Below, piece after piece: positions 1 to 9,481 of a stretch of 32,000 nucleotides of DNA. The notes beneath the pieces were generated by a model. It saw only the letters and a program-made list of their open reading frames with translations, was not told the origin of the DNA and made no database searches. Numbering within the stretch: position 1 is the first letter of the stretch; every line of letters starts with the position of its first letter. The DNA is from Zymomonas mobilis subsp. mobilis ATCC 10988 (GTDB lineage Bacteria; Pseudomonadota; Alphaproteobacteria; Sphingomonadales; Sphingomonadaceae). A program made the translations under genes and the position numbers. Location of the stretch: the NCBI RefSeq assembly GCF_000175255.2, contig NC_017262.1, positions 1,890,001-1,922,000 on the forward strand, in the 5' to 3' direction.

Positions 1-937
1 CATCAATCGCTCTACCAATACAAACAGCCCGAGCATGAGCAATCTCTTCGGTGTTATTATAATCTGGCTGCTTAGGAGGAAGGAGGTCTGGAGCGATTGT
101 TTTGAAAAGATGGATAATTTCATCTTTACCTAAATCGCCTGAAGCATAGGCATCTTCAAGATCAAGGATATTGTAGCAAATATCATCTGCGGCTTCGACC
201 AGAAAAACTAACGGATCACGCCGCCACCAGCAGCGATCATTCGTCTTTTCAGATTTTAGCTCAAGGGCTTCAGCCACTTCTTCAAAAAGAGCTAATTCAC
301 TTTTAAAAATACCGCTTTTTTTAAGACCGCAATAGGGGTGATCTGTAAAGGCCTGCTTTTGAATATCAGCTGTTACCGGATATTTAACAAAAGCTCCCAA
401 TACACCATAAGACAGGCGCATCCCTCCCTCATAGCGGTACATTTCAAGCTGGGTCAGCAAACGAAAGCCTTGGGCATTGCCGTCAAAACTCTTAAATTCT
501 TCTCTGTCTTCAGGCGCAATGGCTTTTAACAAAGGGGATGATTCTGCCATTTTTTGAGCGAACCACGCGCCGATGGCATTTTCTCCGGCATGACCAAAAG
601 GCGGATTGCCAATATCATGGGCAAGACAAGCCGCTTGAACAATCCCAGCAATAGTGTGGCGTTCTCCTTCTGTAATTTCCTTTTGATTTTCTAGCCAATG
701 ACCGATTTTTATACCCAAAGATCTTCCAACACTGGCGGTTTCAACGCTATGAATAAGACGATGATGAATATGGTCATTTTCATAAAGCGGATGAACTTGC
801 GTTTTATTCGCCAACCGCCGGAAAGCGGATGAAAAAGTAATCCGGTCTGCATCTTGAATAAAAGCAGGGCGATCCTGATTTTGCTGATAATCAGGTGCCG
901 ATAGCCGCTTGTGGCTCAGTAGTCTTTCCCATTTCAT
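1..937 (-). CDS. dgt: dGTP triphosphohydrolase-like HD-domain protein. Only the N-terminal ~312 codons are present; the 3' end runs off the window.
   Basis: Absent from the supplied ORF track because there is no stop codon in the window. My minus-strand translation from the ATG at 937-935 gives MKWERLLSHKRLSAPDYQQNQDRPAFIQDADRITFSSAFRRLANKTQVHPL..HIHHRLIHSVETASVGRSLG..ACLAHDIGNPPFGHAGENAI..FDGNAQGFRLLT..EAADDICYNILDLEDA. This is the classic dGTPase/HD signature. The frame stays open to position 1. Confidence 0.85.
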   Translation of the reverse strand, partial: MKWERLLSHKRLSAPDYQQNQDRPAFIQDADRITFSSAFRRLANKTQVHPLYENDHIHHRLIHSVETASVGRSLGIKIGHWLENQKEITEGERHTIAGIVQAACLAHDIGNPPFGHAGENAIGAWFAQKMAESSPLLKAIAPEDREEFKSFDGNAQGFRLLTQLEMYRYEGGMRLSYGVLGAFVKYPVTADIQKQAFTDHPYCGLKKSGIFKSELALFEEVAEALELKSEKTNDRCWWRRDPLVFLVEAADDICYNILDLEDAYASGDLGKDEIIHLFKTIAPDLLPPKQPDYNNTEEIAHARAVCIGRAID

Positions 938-1041
938 TTCGTCTATTCCAAAGAGATTTATTCAAATATCACTATAAAATAGGTCGCTTCGGGATAGAAA
1001 ACAGTCGGTCTTCCCTATTTTAATTTGATCAAGGTATTCCA

Positions 1042-4000
1042 ATGAAGCGTTTCTGGGCTGATCTCCATGTTCATTCCCGTTTTGCCCGTGCCACCAGCCG
1101 TAATCTTGATCTTGAGCATCTCGCCCTAGGTTCAGCGGAAAAAGGCATCCAGCTTGTTGCAACGGGGGATTGCACCTATCCGGCATGGCGGCAGGAAATG
1201 AAAGAAAGGCTTTACGCTGAAGGGAATGGCCTGTTTCGCCTCAAGCCTGAAATCGAACGTCCCCTCATGGCAACACTGCCTTCTGGTTGCCAAAAAGAAG
1301 TCCGCTTTATTATTTCGGGCGAAATTTCGACTATTTATAAAAAAGGCGATAAAACCCGAAAAGTGCATCATCTGGTGTATCATTCTTCCTTTGATGCGGC
1401 TGATCGCTTTGCAGAAAAATTGGCAAAGATCGGAAATATTGTTTCAGATGGCCGTCCAATTCTGGGTCTAGATTCACGGGATTTACTCGAAATAACCCTA
1501 GAATCTGGAAAAGATTCATGGCTCGCGCCGGCTCATATCTGGACGCCGTGGTTTTCTGCGCTGGGATCAAAATCAGGCTTTGATTCTATCGAAGAATGTT
1601 ATGGCGACTTGGCCAGCCATATTTTCGCCGCCGAAACCGGTCTGTCATCTGATCCTGAAATGAACTGGCGCGTTTCATCGCTTGACCGTTATCGTCTAAT
1701 TTCTAGTTCTGATGCGCATTCTCCGGCAAAATTGGGACGAGAGGCCACGCTTTTTTCCTGCGAAATGGGATTCCAGCCTCTCCGCCACGCCTTGGAAACA
1801 GGCGAAGGCTATGTGGGTACCGTTGAATTCTTCCCTGAAGAAGGCAAATACCATGCCGATGGGCATCGTAATTGTCATATTCGCCTTAATCCCAAAGAAA
1901 CTTTAGCTTTGGATGGCCTCTGTCCGGTTTGTGGCAAACCTCTTACGATTGGTGTTGCCCATCGGGTCGAGATGCTAGCTGACCGCGAAGAAGCCATTCC
2001 ACCCGCGACTGCAGGCGAGGTTAGCAGCCTGATTCCATTACCTGAAATTCTGGGGGAATTGCTGGGTGTAGGCTCCACCAGTCGCAAAGTTGCGGAACGC
2101 TACACCGAAAGTTTGCGGGTCTTAGGTTCTGAAATGGCGATTTTGCACCATGTTCCTTTGGAAGAGATGCAGGCCATCCATCCTTTATTGGAAGAGGCTA
2201 TTCGTCGTTTGCGGGCGGGCAAAGTCATCCGTCAGGCCGGATATGACGGGGAATATGGCGTTATTCGTTTATTTGAAAAAGAGGAAATGGAAAAACTGAC
2301 CAAGGGCGGCTTGCTTTTTCCGGTTACCGAGATGGTCAAGCCTTCACGCCGTCCGATAACAAAAACATCCTTACCTTCGGATGATAATCGCGCCTTTCAA
2401 GCCAGTCCTAACCTCCCCAATGTCGATCGAGAAGATCTCGCTAGAGATATCCCTAATTATCCGATGTTATCGACTTTGGATAGCGACCAAAAGGCTGCTG
2501 CTTTGATAACGGACAAAGCCTTGATGGTTCTCGCGGGACCCGGTTCCGGCAAAACCAAAATGCTGACCCAGCGCATCGCCCATCTGATACAGAAAAAGGC
2601 TATCCCTGCTGAAAAATGTCTGCTTCTCACTTTTACACGACGAGCCACTGACGAATTAAAGGCAAGGGTGAAGCAACTTCTGCCAGAAACGGAGAGCCCG
2701 CCGATTATTCATAGCTTCCATTCTTTGGCTCTCGATATGCTCAAAAAAGATAGCAAGGCTTTTGGTCTTGCTGCTGATTTCCGCATCGTGGATCCACAGA
2801 GTTTGAAAAAAGCCTTCATGGAAATGTCTAATCTATCTTCTAAAAGAGCAGATGAAGCATTGGAACGCTTTTCTCTTCTGAAAAAATCGGGAGAGGTCGG
2901 TGACCTCGAAGAAGAAATACTCCGTCAAAGCCTTGAAAATCTGAAACAAGACAATCACTGGCTCGACTTTGATGATCTTCTCATCAAGGTCGTTAATGGT
3001 TTGGAAAATAATGCGTCTTTGCGAGAAAAATGGGCAACTGCCTTTTCTTTTCTGTCAGTAGACGAATTTCAGGATATCGACATCTGGCAATATCGCCTTG
3101 TCTGGCTTCTGACGGGGAGGAATACCCAGCTAACCGTGATCGGTGATCCCGATCAGGCTATTTATCATTTTCGTGGGGCGGATTCCGAATGCTTCACCCG
3201 CTTACAACAAGATTTTCCTGAGATTGTCTGTCGTCGTCTTAATCGCAATTACCGTTCTATGGCTGATATTGTGGCGGCGGCCAATCGTATCATGCCAGAG
3301 AACAAGGGGCAGGCGTTACGAGGGCAGGGGGATAAAATTCTACTTTATCTAGCAAGTGATGAGGCGGATGAAGCCCGCTTTGTTGTCCAAAAGATAGAAG
3401 AATTGATGGGCGGCCATGACATGCTCACTGCCCAAAACGGGAAGAACACTGCGAAAAGCCAGGAAACAGCTTTCGGTTTTCGAGATTTCTCCGTGCTGTA
3501 TCGCCATAATTTTCAAGCCAAAGCTTTTGAGAAAGCCTTCAATCAGGCTGGCATCCCTTTCCGTAAAACAGCCCCCATTCCGATTACCTGCCATCTCGCA
3601 GTGAAAGCCTTTATCGAGAAAATTGAACAAAGCCCGCAAGAAACACTTCAAGATCGATTAATCGTGCTTAAAAATATCACCACTGAACTAGCACAGGAAA
3701 ATCAAGGAGAAGAGGCGGTTCTATCTCCGGCAGACAGGGAACAAGCCTATTCATGGCTCAAAATCATAGCGGAAAAATCTGGACAACAAAGCCATACTTT
3801 TTTCTTGGAGCAGATTGCCTTGGCAAATGAAGTCGATTTTCATGATCAACGAGGCGACAGAGTTTCTCTGATGACGATGCACGCATCAAAAGGACTGGAA
3901 TTCTCAGCTGTTTTTGTCACAGGTCTCGAGGAAGAAAATTTTAACCTGCATCATCAGCCTGATAATCCGACCGAAATAGCCGAGGAAAAACGCCTCTTCT

Positions 4001-4185
4001 ATGTCGCTTTAACGCGCGCTCGTGATTATCTGTTTCTAAGCTATGCTAAAAAACGCTTTATCTACGGCGAATATCAAAAACAGACCACTGCCGCTTTTCT
4101 CAATCTTTTAAAAGACATGCTTGTGACCGAGACACCTAAAAAACGTCTATTTAATGATAGAAAGGCGCAATACAGCCTATTCTAG
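1042..4185 (+). CDS. Fusion protein: endonuclease-Q-like PHP/Zn-finger nuclease domain (aa 1 to ~415) plus UvrD/PcrA-type SF1 DNA helicase (aa ~480-1047)
   Basis: 3144-nt ORF with AAGG 8 nt upstream of the ATG. N-terminal motifs: DLHVHSRFARATS..ATGD, SSSDAHSP, KYHADGHRNCH, CPVCGKPLTIGVAHRV (CxxC at nt 1921-1932), GYDGEYGVIRLF. C-terminal motifs: AGPGSGKT (nt 2533-2556), DEFQD (nt 3061-3075), GDPDQAIYHFRGA, NYRS, TMHASKGLEF, VALTRAR. Confidence 0.85.
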   Translation: MKRFWADLHVHSRFARATSRNLDLEHLALGSAEKGIQLVATGDCTYPAWRQEMKERLYAEGNGLFRLKPEIERPLMATLPSGCQKEVRFIISGEISTIYKKGDKTRKVHHLVYHSSFDAADRFAEKLAKIGNIVSDGRPILGLDSRDLLEITLESGKDSWLAPAHIWTPWFSALGSKSGFDSIEECYGDLASHIFAAETGLSSDPEMNWRVSSLDRYRLISSSDAHSPAKLGREATLFSCEMGFQPLRHALETGEGYVGTVEFFPEEGKYHADGHRNCHIRLNPKETLALDGLCPVCGKPLTIGVAHRVEMLADREEAIPPATAGEVSSLIPLPEILGELLGVGSTSRKVAERYTESLRVLGSEMAILHHVPLEEMQAIHPLLEEAIRRLRAGKVIRQAGYDGEYGVIRLFEKEEMEKLTKGGLLFPVTEMVKPSRRPITKTSLPSDDNRAFQASPNLPNVDREDLARDIPNYPMLSTLDSDQKAAALITDKALMVLAGPGSGKTKMLTQRIAHLIQKKAIPAEKCLLLTFTRRATDELKARVKQLLPETESPPIIHSFHSLALDMLKKDSKAFGLAADFRIVDPQSLKKAFMEMSNLSSKRADEALERFSLLKKSGEVGDLEEEILRQSLENLKQDNHWLDFDDLLIKVVNGLENNASLREKWATAFSFLSVDEFQDIDIWQYRLVWLLTGRNTQLTVIGDPDQAIYHFRGADSECFTRLQQDFPEIVCRRLNRNYRSMADIVAAANRIMPENKGQALRGQGDKILLYLASDEADEARFVVQKIEELMGGHDMLTAQNGKNTAKSQETAFGFRDFSVLYRHNFQAKAFEKAFNQAGIPFRKTAPIPITCHLAVKAFIEKIEQSPQETLQDRLIVLKNITTELAQENQGEEAVLSPADREQAYSWLKIIAEKSGQQSHTFFLEQIALANEVDFHDQRGDRVSLMTMHASKGLEFSAVFVTGLEEENFNLHHQPDNPTEIAEEKRLFYVALTRARDYLFLSYAKKRFIYGEYQKQTTAAFLNLLKDMLVTETPKKRLFNDRKAQYSLF

Positions 4186-4209
4186 AAAAGCAATTTCTTT
4201 AAAATTTCC

Positions 4210-4248
4210 AAGTCGATGCTCTTTCTTAGGGCATCGACTTATTTTTTA
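4210..4248 (+). terminator. Rho-independent terminator downstream of the nuclease-helicase gene
   Basis: Stem AAGTCGATGC (4210-4219) pairs with GCATCGACTT (4231-4240). It is followed by ATTTTTTATT. Confidence 0.75.
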
Positions 4249-4250
4249 TT

Positions 4251-4440
4251 CACAGATAAAAATGCCTATTTGTTAAAAAATGCAAAACAAAAACAATGTA
4301 AAAGAATATTATATAAATTTTCAAAAAATGAAAAATATGAAAATAATACTATTAAATTAAATAAACTTTATAAAATGATGAAAAATTACAAATAAAAACC
4401 CTAAATAAAACCACACTTCATGCTGTTTATAAATAAGGAC
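4251..4440. other. Extremely A+T-rich spacer upstream of the autotransporter gene; likely a promoter, curved-DNA or silencer-binding region
   Basis: Hand count gives 35 G/C in 190 nt (about 18% G+C), against about 48% in neighbouring coding sequence. There are many A5-7 and T5-7 tracts. Confidence 0.6.
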
Positions 4441-4490
4441 TTCTTTTCTTAGAAAATCAGTTGGTCATTTATTGAACAGCATGGGGGATT

Positions 4491-7400
4491 ATGACGAAGC
4501 GAAAACTTTCAAAGCGTAGCCTTTGGCTAGCGGGGGTCACTTTTCTTATTCAAGCGGGGGTTACGTTAGCTTTTCCTTCATCTGCTGAAGCTATTGTTAT
4601 CAATGATAACGAAACACCGGACAGTGTTTTGGATCAGACTAATTTCACAGGCATTGGTCAAATGGTCACCGATACAAAAAACGGTAATCTGACGACATGC
4701 ACTGGCACTTTAATCAATCCAAGAACCGTTTTGTTCTCGGCACATTGTGTCAATAATGAAGCGGCGACCAGCTATGGTTCAGGGCAGGGCGGGACACCGG
4801 TCAGCTTTGGTTTCGCAGTGGATAATAAAGACGCCGTTACAAACTGGTTATCTTCGGGGCAACGTTATCAAACCAATGTCGGGCAAGGAATCTATACAGT
4901 CGAGCAGGTAAATTATAACCCTGCCTCGATTGATCCTTCCGGCAAAAACTATCTGCATAGCGATATCGCCACCGCTACGCTTGACACACCGGCCTCTGAT
5001 GTTCCGACATGGTCGTTGCTTTTTTCTCCACTGACCGGAAATAGCGGCAGTGCGGATAAAAATGGCACGGGTTATCATGTCTCGATCAGTGGTTACGGGA
5101 TGTCCGGCATCGGTTCGACAGGCGCTACAGAAGCCATAGATTACCGACGGCGTTCTGCCGAAAATATGTTGGGTGCCTTGGCTTCTATGAATGATGTCAC
5201 AGGATTTTTATCGAATACAGCTAATGGCTCAGCACAGAACCTCTATCAGTTTGATTTTGATGATCCGAAGAAAGGGCAGCAAGGGCGCAATCCGAACGAT
5301 ATTGATTTGTTCGGTGATACTGCGCTCCAGAAAGAAGGGATGACAGCTTCCGGTGATTCCGGCGGGCCCCTTATTCTGGATCAAAGTTTTTCGAAAGAGG
5401 TTGTGATCGGCGTTTTGTCCGGTGACAACCGCTATTTTCCAGATCAGGCAGAAAGCAGTTATGGCACATCTGCCTTTTACCAGCCGCTTTATCTTTATTG
5501 GCAATGGATAGCGGCTAATAATCCCTATCATTATGCCACAGCCAAAGCCGGTGATGGGAAATGGAGCGATCCCGACCACTGGTTAAGTCAGGTGGATCCC
5601 CATTATCAGATACTCGACAGCAACGGCCAATTGGTAAACGGTATTCCGTCTACGGCCGAAGCTGGAGAAAAAGGGGACAGCCCGAAATTCGGTAGCCTTT
5701 GCTACGACAACGGGACCAGCCGCTATTGCAAGACCTTAGCGACAGGAAATAATAGCAGTGGACAGGATGCCTTGCCCCAAGCCAGCTTGGAAAATGGTCT
5801 TCCCAATGCCAGTAATTTTGTGCCAGATAATCAAGAATCTGACCGATTAAGCGGTGCCAAAGCGCGCTATTTTGATATTACGCTCTCGGCTGACGGGACA
5901 ACCACGCTTGATATGAATGCCACGGTCGATCGCTTTGCGATAGATGGGGCAGGAGCAAAGCTCGATATCCAAAAAGGTTACCGTTTAAATAGCTTGATAG
6001 ATGTCACCCAATATAATGGCTGGATGAATGTTGATGGTGCGCTGGCAACATCGGGTGATTATGCCATTATCACAGGGCTATTAACAGGTAGCGGCAGCAT
6101 CACCACACCCTATCTGACCAATGTGGCGGGCGTTATTGCTCCGACGGGTAATCTTGCGGTTAATGGTAATCTTGTTCTGTCTTCAGGTAGCCAGCTTGCC
6201 ATTCGGCTAGGCGCAGATCAAACATCAGACAAGCTGACCATTAACGGCTTGGCTAATCTTGGGGGCGCTGTTCGTTTTTCAGCTTTATCGGGGTACAAAC
6301 CGCATAGCGGTGACAAATTTACCTTTCTTACAGCCAGTGACGGCTTATCGGGGCAGTTCGCTAATGCTTCCGGTATAGATGGCATCCTCAATCCGATTTT
6401 AAGCTATGACCAAAATAGCGTCACTGCGATTATAAAAATGAATAACTATCAGGATATTGTTGATAGCCATTCTTCGGTACAAAAAGCCTATGCTCAATTA
6501 CTCGATCAAAATCGCCAAGCGAATGGCACAGGATTGGATAATCTTTATACGCGTTTGGATTTGATGGATGCTGCCCATCTGCAATCGACGCTTGAATCGA
6601 TGGCACCTCGAAATGAAGCTACCATTCGTGCGTTAGATCGAGCGGGTAGCGAAAATATGACCCGTTTTTTCCGGCAACGCCTCAATCGGATCAATCATGA
6701 AGATATGGGTGGTAGCTTAGCTTTCTATGGGCAGCCTTTAGCTTTCGCCTCAGCTTCCTCTTCTCGTAGTTTGGGACAAAGACAGGCTTCGGATATCTCG
6801 GACATGGTTTCCCTGTCTCCCCATATTAAATTTGTCGATACGGTTAGCGCTTTTGTTGCTAGTGGCTATCTCAACGGTCATAACCAGTCGATGCCCTCTT
6901 CCAGCTTGTCCGGCCATGACAATTTTAATGGCTGGTTTTTGGCAGGCGGTGCCGAAATAGCGGCGACTCCCAAGGTGACAGCAGGTATCGGCTTTTCCTA
7001 TAGTAATTTGAATGGAGACAGTTCCAGCGGACAGACTAGTAAAGCCAGTCTGACTCAAGCGACGCTTTACGCTTCTTATAAATTACCGGCTAAATTAATT
7101 TTATCCGGTCAGGTTAGCGGCGGCGTTTTCAGCAGCACGAATAAAAGACGGGGGAGCATCGACAGCCTGAATTACAATTTTAGGCAAAAAGGCTCTTCTT
7201 TCAGTGGTTCAGCTGAAGTCGTCTTGGGACGAGATATTGATCTATCCCATTTGATCATTACGCCTAATATCGCCGTTCGAGGGCAAAAAACCGATGGGAA
7301 CAATCTGACCGATCGGGCCTTAGATGGAAGCGACAGCAGCGCGGCCTTAGAATTATACCGCAAGGCTTATAATTCTGTTCAGACAAGAGCGGGTTTTGAC

Positions 7401-7691
7401 ATCTCTGGTGAAGTCAAAACGCGCGGCGTGACCTTGGTTCCTCATACCAGCGCCCATTATGTCCATGAATTATTGCATCCATCGCAATCGGTAGCAGCCC
7501 GTTTTGTCAATGGTGTTGGTGGCAATGCTGCCTTTATACTCCCCAATAGCGATCATAACTGGGGCGAAGTTGAAGGCGGTCTTAAAATAAAAGGACGTCG
7601 TATTGATTTCGACATTTCGGCTGGCACGGTCTTTGGTCGTCAGGATTTGGCCTATAACGCCTATCGTGGATCGATAACCTATCATTTCTGA
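4491..7691 (+). CDS. Type Va autotransporter with a trypsin-fold (S1-like) serine protease passenger domain
   Basis: GGGGGA lies just upstream of the ATG. Signal peptide MTKRKLSKRSLWLAGVTFLIQAGVTLAFPSSAEA. Catalytic-triad contexts TVLFSAHCV (His), HSDIATATL (Asp) and GDSGGPL (Ser, nt 5352-5372). A long Gly/Asn/Thr-rich passenger follows. The C-terminal ~280 aa form amphipathic beta strands ending in RGSITYHF, with the terminal aromatic typical of OM barrels. Confidence 0.85.
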   Translation: MTKRKLSKRSLWLAGVTFLIQAGVTLAFPSSAEAIVINDNETPDSVLDQTNFTGIGQMVTDTKNGNLTTCTGTLINPRTVLFSAHCVNNEAATSYGSGQGGTPVSFGFAVDNKDAVTNWLSSGQRYQTNVGQGIYTVEQVNYNPASIDPSGKNYLHSDIATATLDTPASDVPTWSLLFSPLTGNSGSADKNGTGYHVSISGYGMSGIGSTGATEAIDYRRRSAENMLGALASMNDVTGFLSNTANGSAQNLYQFDFDDPKKGQQGRNPNDIDLFGDTALQKEGMTASGDSGGPLILDQSFSKEVVIGVLSGDNRYFPDQAESSYGTSAFYQPLYLYWQWIAANNPYHYATAKAGDGKWSDPDHWLSQVDPHYQILDSNGQLVNGIPSTAEAGEKGDSPKFGSLCYDNGTSRYCKTLATGNNSSGQDALPQASLENGLPNASNFVPDNQESDRLSGAKARYFDITLSADGTTTLDMNATVDRFAIDGAGAKLDIQKGYRLNSLIDVTQYNGWMNVDGALATSGDYAIITGLLTGSGSITTPYLTNVAGVIAPTGNLAVNGNLVLSSGSQLAIRLGADQTSDKLTINGLANLGGAVRFSALSGYKPHSGDKFTFLTASDGLSGQFANASGIDGILNPILSYDQNSVTAIIKMNNYQDIVDSHSSVQKAYAQLLDQNRQANGTGLDNLYTRLDLMDAAHLQSTLESMAPRNEATIRALDRAGSENMTRFFRQRLNRINHEDMGGSLAFYGQPLAFASASSSRSLGQRQASDISDMVSLSPHIKFVDTVSAFVASGYLNGHNQSMPSSSLSGHDNFNGWFLAGGAEIAATPKVTAGIGFSYSNLNGDSSSGQTSKASLTQATLYASYKLPAKLILSGQVSGGVFSSTNKRRGSIDSLNYNFRQKGSSFSGSAEVVLGRDIDLSHLIITPNIAVRGQKTDGNNLTDRALDGSDSSAALELYRKAYNSVQTRAGFDISGEVKTRGVTLVPHTSAHYVHELLHPSQSVAARFVNGVGGNAAFILPNSDHNWGEVEGGLKIKGRRIDFDISAGTVFGRQDLAYNAYRGSITYHF

Positions 7692-7805
7692 TAGAGAACC
7701 ATGTCCTCAAGATAACAAACAGAAATACGCGTTTATTATACATTCTTTTTTCGGGCAGGTGATTCTCTATTACAGATAATCCTGCCTATCATGATGTATA
7801 AAAAA

Positions 7806-7840
7806 GGCCGCTCCCTAGAATAAGGAGCGGCCATTATTTT
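7806..7840 (+). terminator. Rho-independent terminator of the autotransporter gene
   Basis: Perfect 9-bp stem GGCCGCTCC (7806-7814) / GGAGCGGCC (7824-7832), followed by ATTATTTT. Confidence 0.7.
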
Positions 7841-8222
7841 GCCAGTGAGCAAGGGGGCTTACTCAATCACCTGACGATTATACACAGCAATATGGAGCTA
7901 ATTGCCGCATAAAGTGGATTTATTACGGTTAAAATCGTTTAAATCCACCTAATCCCTGTAACAAAAATAAAAGATAGTTCAATTATGGATGTAATATTTT
8001 TTACGTAAATTTTTTTTTAAGCCATCATGAAAAATTAAATATAAAGTCCACCCGCACGTCCTCTTTTGGCTTTGATCGCTTTTATTCCCTGATTTTGTTT
8101 TTATAGAAGTTCCGCTTTCTATCGACTATCATAGCTATCAATCAGATCAATGGCCGGATAAAATCGGCTGATTTTGTCACGACTATTCTATTGTCTTATC
8201 CAGTAAAAAAGGCCGGAATCAG

Positions 8223-9419
8223 GTGAATATATACGAATATCAGGCGATGGCTCTTTTGAATGAACGGGGTGTCTCGGTTGTCCCCGGTTATATGGCCGCC
8301 AATGTAGAAGAAGCCGTCAAAGCGGCAGAACAGCTTTCCTCTCCTCCTTATGTCATCAAATCCCAGATTCTAGCCGGTGGTCGCGGCAAGGGGTATTTCC
8401 GCGAATCTCCGAAAGAGGGCGGTGGCGTCCGTTTGGTCTCTGATATCGCCGCTGTCAAAAAACAGGCAGAATCAATGCTCGGTCGGCATTTGGTCACTGC
8501 CCAGACGGATGATCAGGGTATTCCGGTTGAAAAACTGTTGATTACCGAAGCTGTCTCTATTGCTCGCGAATTTTATCTTTCCCTGTTGGTTGATCGCCAG
8601 ACGGGGCGGGTGACCTTTGTCGCTTCACCCGAAGGCGGTATGGATATCGAAACCGTTGCCAAAGAAAAACCGGAAGCTATTCACCGTATCGCTATTGATC
8701 CAGCAACAGGCTTCCAACCACATCATGGTCGGATGATTGGTTTTGCGCTGGGCTTGTCCGGTGATGTCTTCAAACAAGGCATCAAATTAGCCGCCAGCTT
8801 GTATAAAGCCTTTACGACTTCGGATATGAGTCTGCTTGAAATCAACCCCTTGGTCGAAACCAATGACGGTAAACTTTTACCCGTTGATGCCAAAATCAGC
8901 TTTGACGATAATGCGCTATTCCGCCACCCTGATATTGCGGCCTTAGGGGAAGCAGGTGCTTCTGATCCTTTGGAACAAGAAGCCCGTCAGGCCGGTTTAT
9001 CCTATATCAAGCTGGATGGTAGCATCGGCTGCATGGTCAATGGTGCAGGGCTTGCTATGGGAACGATGGATATAATCCAGCTTCATGGCGAGATGCCTGC
9101 CAACTTCTTGGATGTCGGTGGCGGTGCCAGCAAAGAAAAGGTGGCTGCCGCTTTTCGGATTATTCTTTCTGACCCATCCGTCAAAGGTATTTTGGTCAAT
9201 ATCTTCGGTGGAATTATGCGTTGCGATATCCTCGCAGAAGGCATTATCGCCGCCGCTCGTGAACTGGATATAACAGTGCCTTTGGTCGTCCGGTTAGAAG
9301 GCAACAATGTTAACGAAGGTAAGGCCGCTCTTGTCTCTTCAGGATTGCCTATTATTACAGCCAGTGATCTCGGCGATGCCGCTCAAAAAATCGTAGCCGC
9401 TATCCGGCAGACTGCCTGA
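8223..9419 (+). CDS. sucC: Succinyl-CoA synthetase (ADP-forming) beta subunit
   Basis: GTG start. The product [72 protein letters not shown] is full-length and colinear with SucC (ATP-grasp plus CoA-ligase domains). Confidence 0.85.
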   Translation: MNIYEYQAMALLNERGVSVVPGYMAANVEEAVKAAEQLSSPPYVIKSQILAGGRGKGYFRESPKEGGGVRLVSDIAAVKKQAESMLGRHLVTAQTDDQGIPVEKLLITEAVSIAREFYLSLLVDRQTGRVTFVASPEGGMDIETVAKEKPEAIHRIAIDPATGFQPHHGRMIGFALGLSGDVFKQGIKLAASLYKAFTTSDMSLLEINPLVETNDGKLLPVDAKISFDDNALFRHPDIAALGEAGASDPLEQEARQAGLSYIKLDGSIGCMVNGAGLAMGTMDIIQLHGEMPANFLDVGGGASKEKVAAAFRIILSDPSVKGILVNIFGGIMRCDILAEGIIAAARELDITVPLVVRLEGNNVNEGKAALVSSGLPIITASDLGDAAQKIVAAIRQTA

Positions 9420-9481
9420 TATTTCAGCTTTCGGTAACACTAACTCCAGCATGCTTCATAAATCGGCAAAGGGAGATTCTG

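Noticed and set aside
938-1041. Possible SOS (LexA) control of the nuclease-helicase gene
   Set aside because: I looked for the alphaproteobacterial GTTC-N7-GTTC / GAAC-N7-GAAC box in the divergent promoter region. I found no GTTC or GAAC at all.
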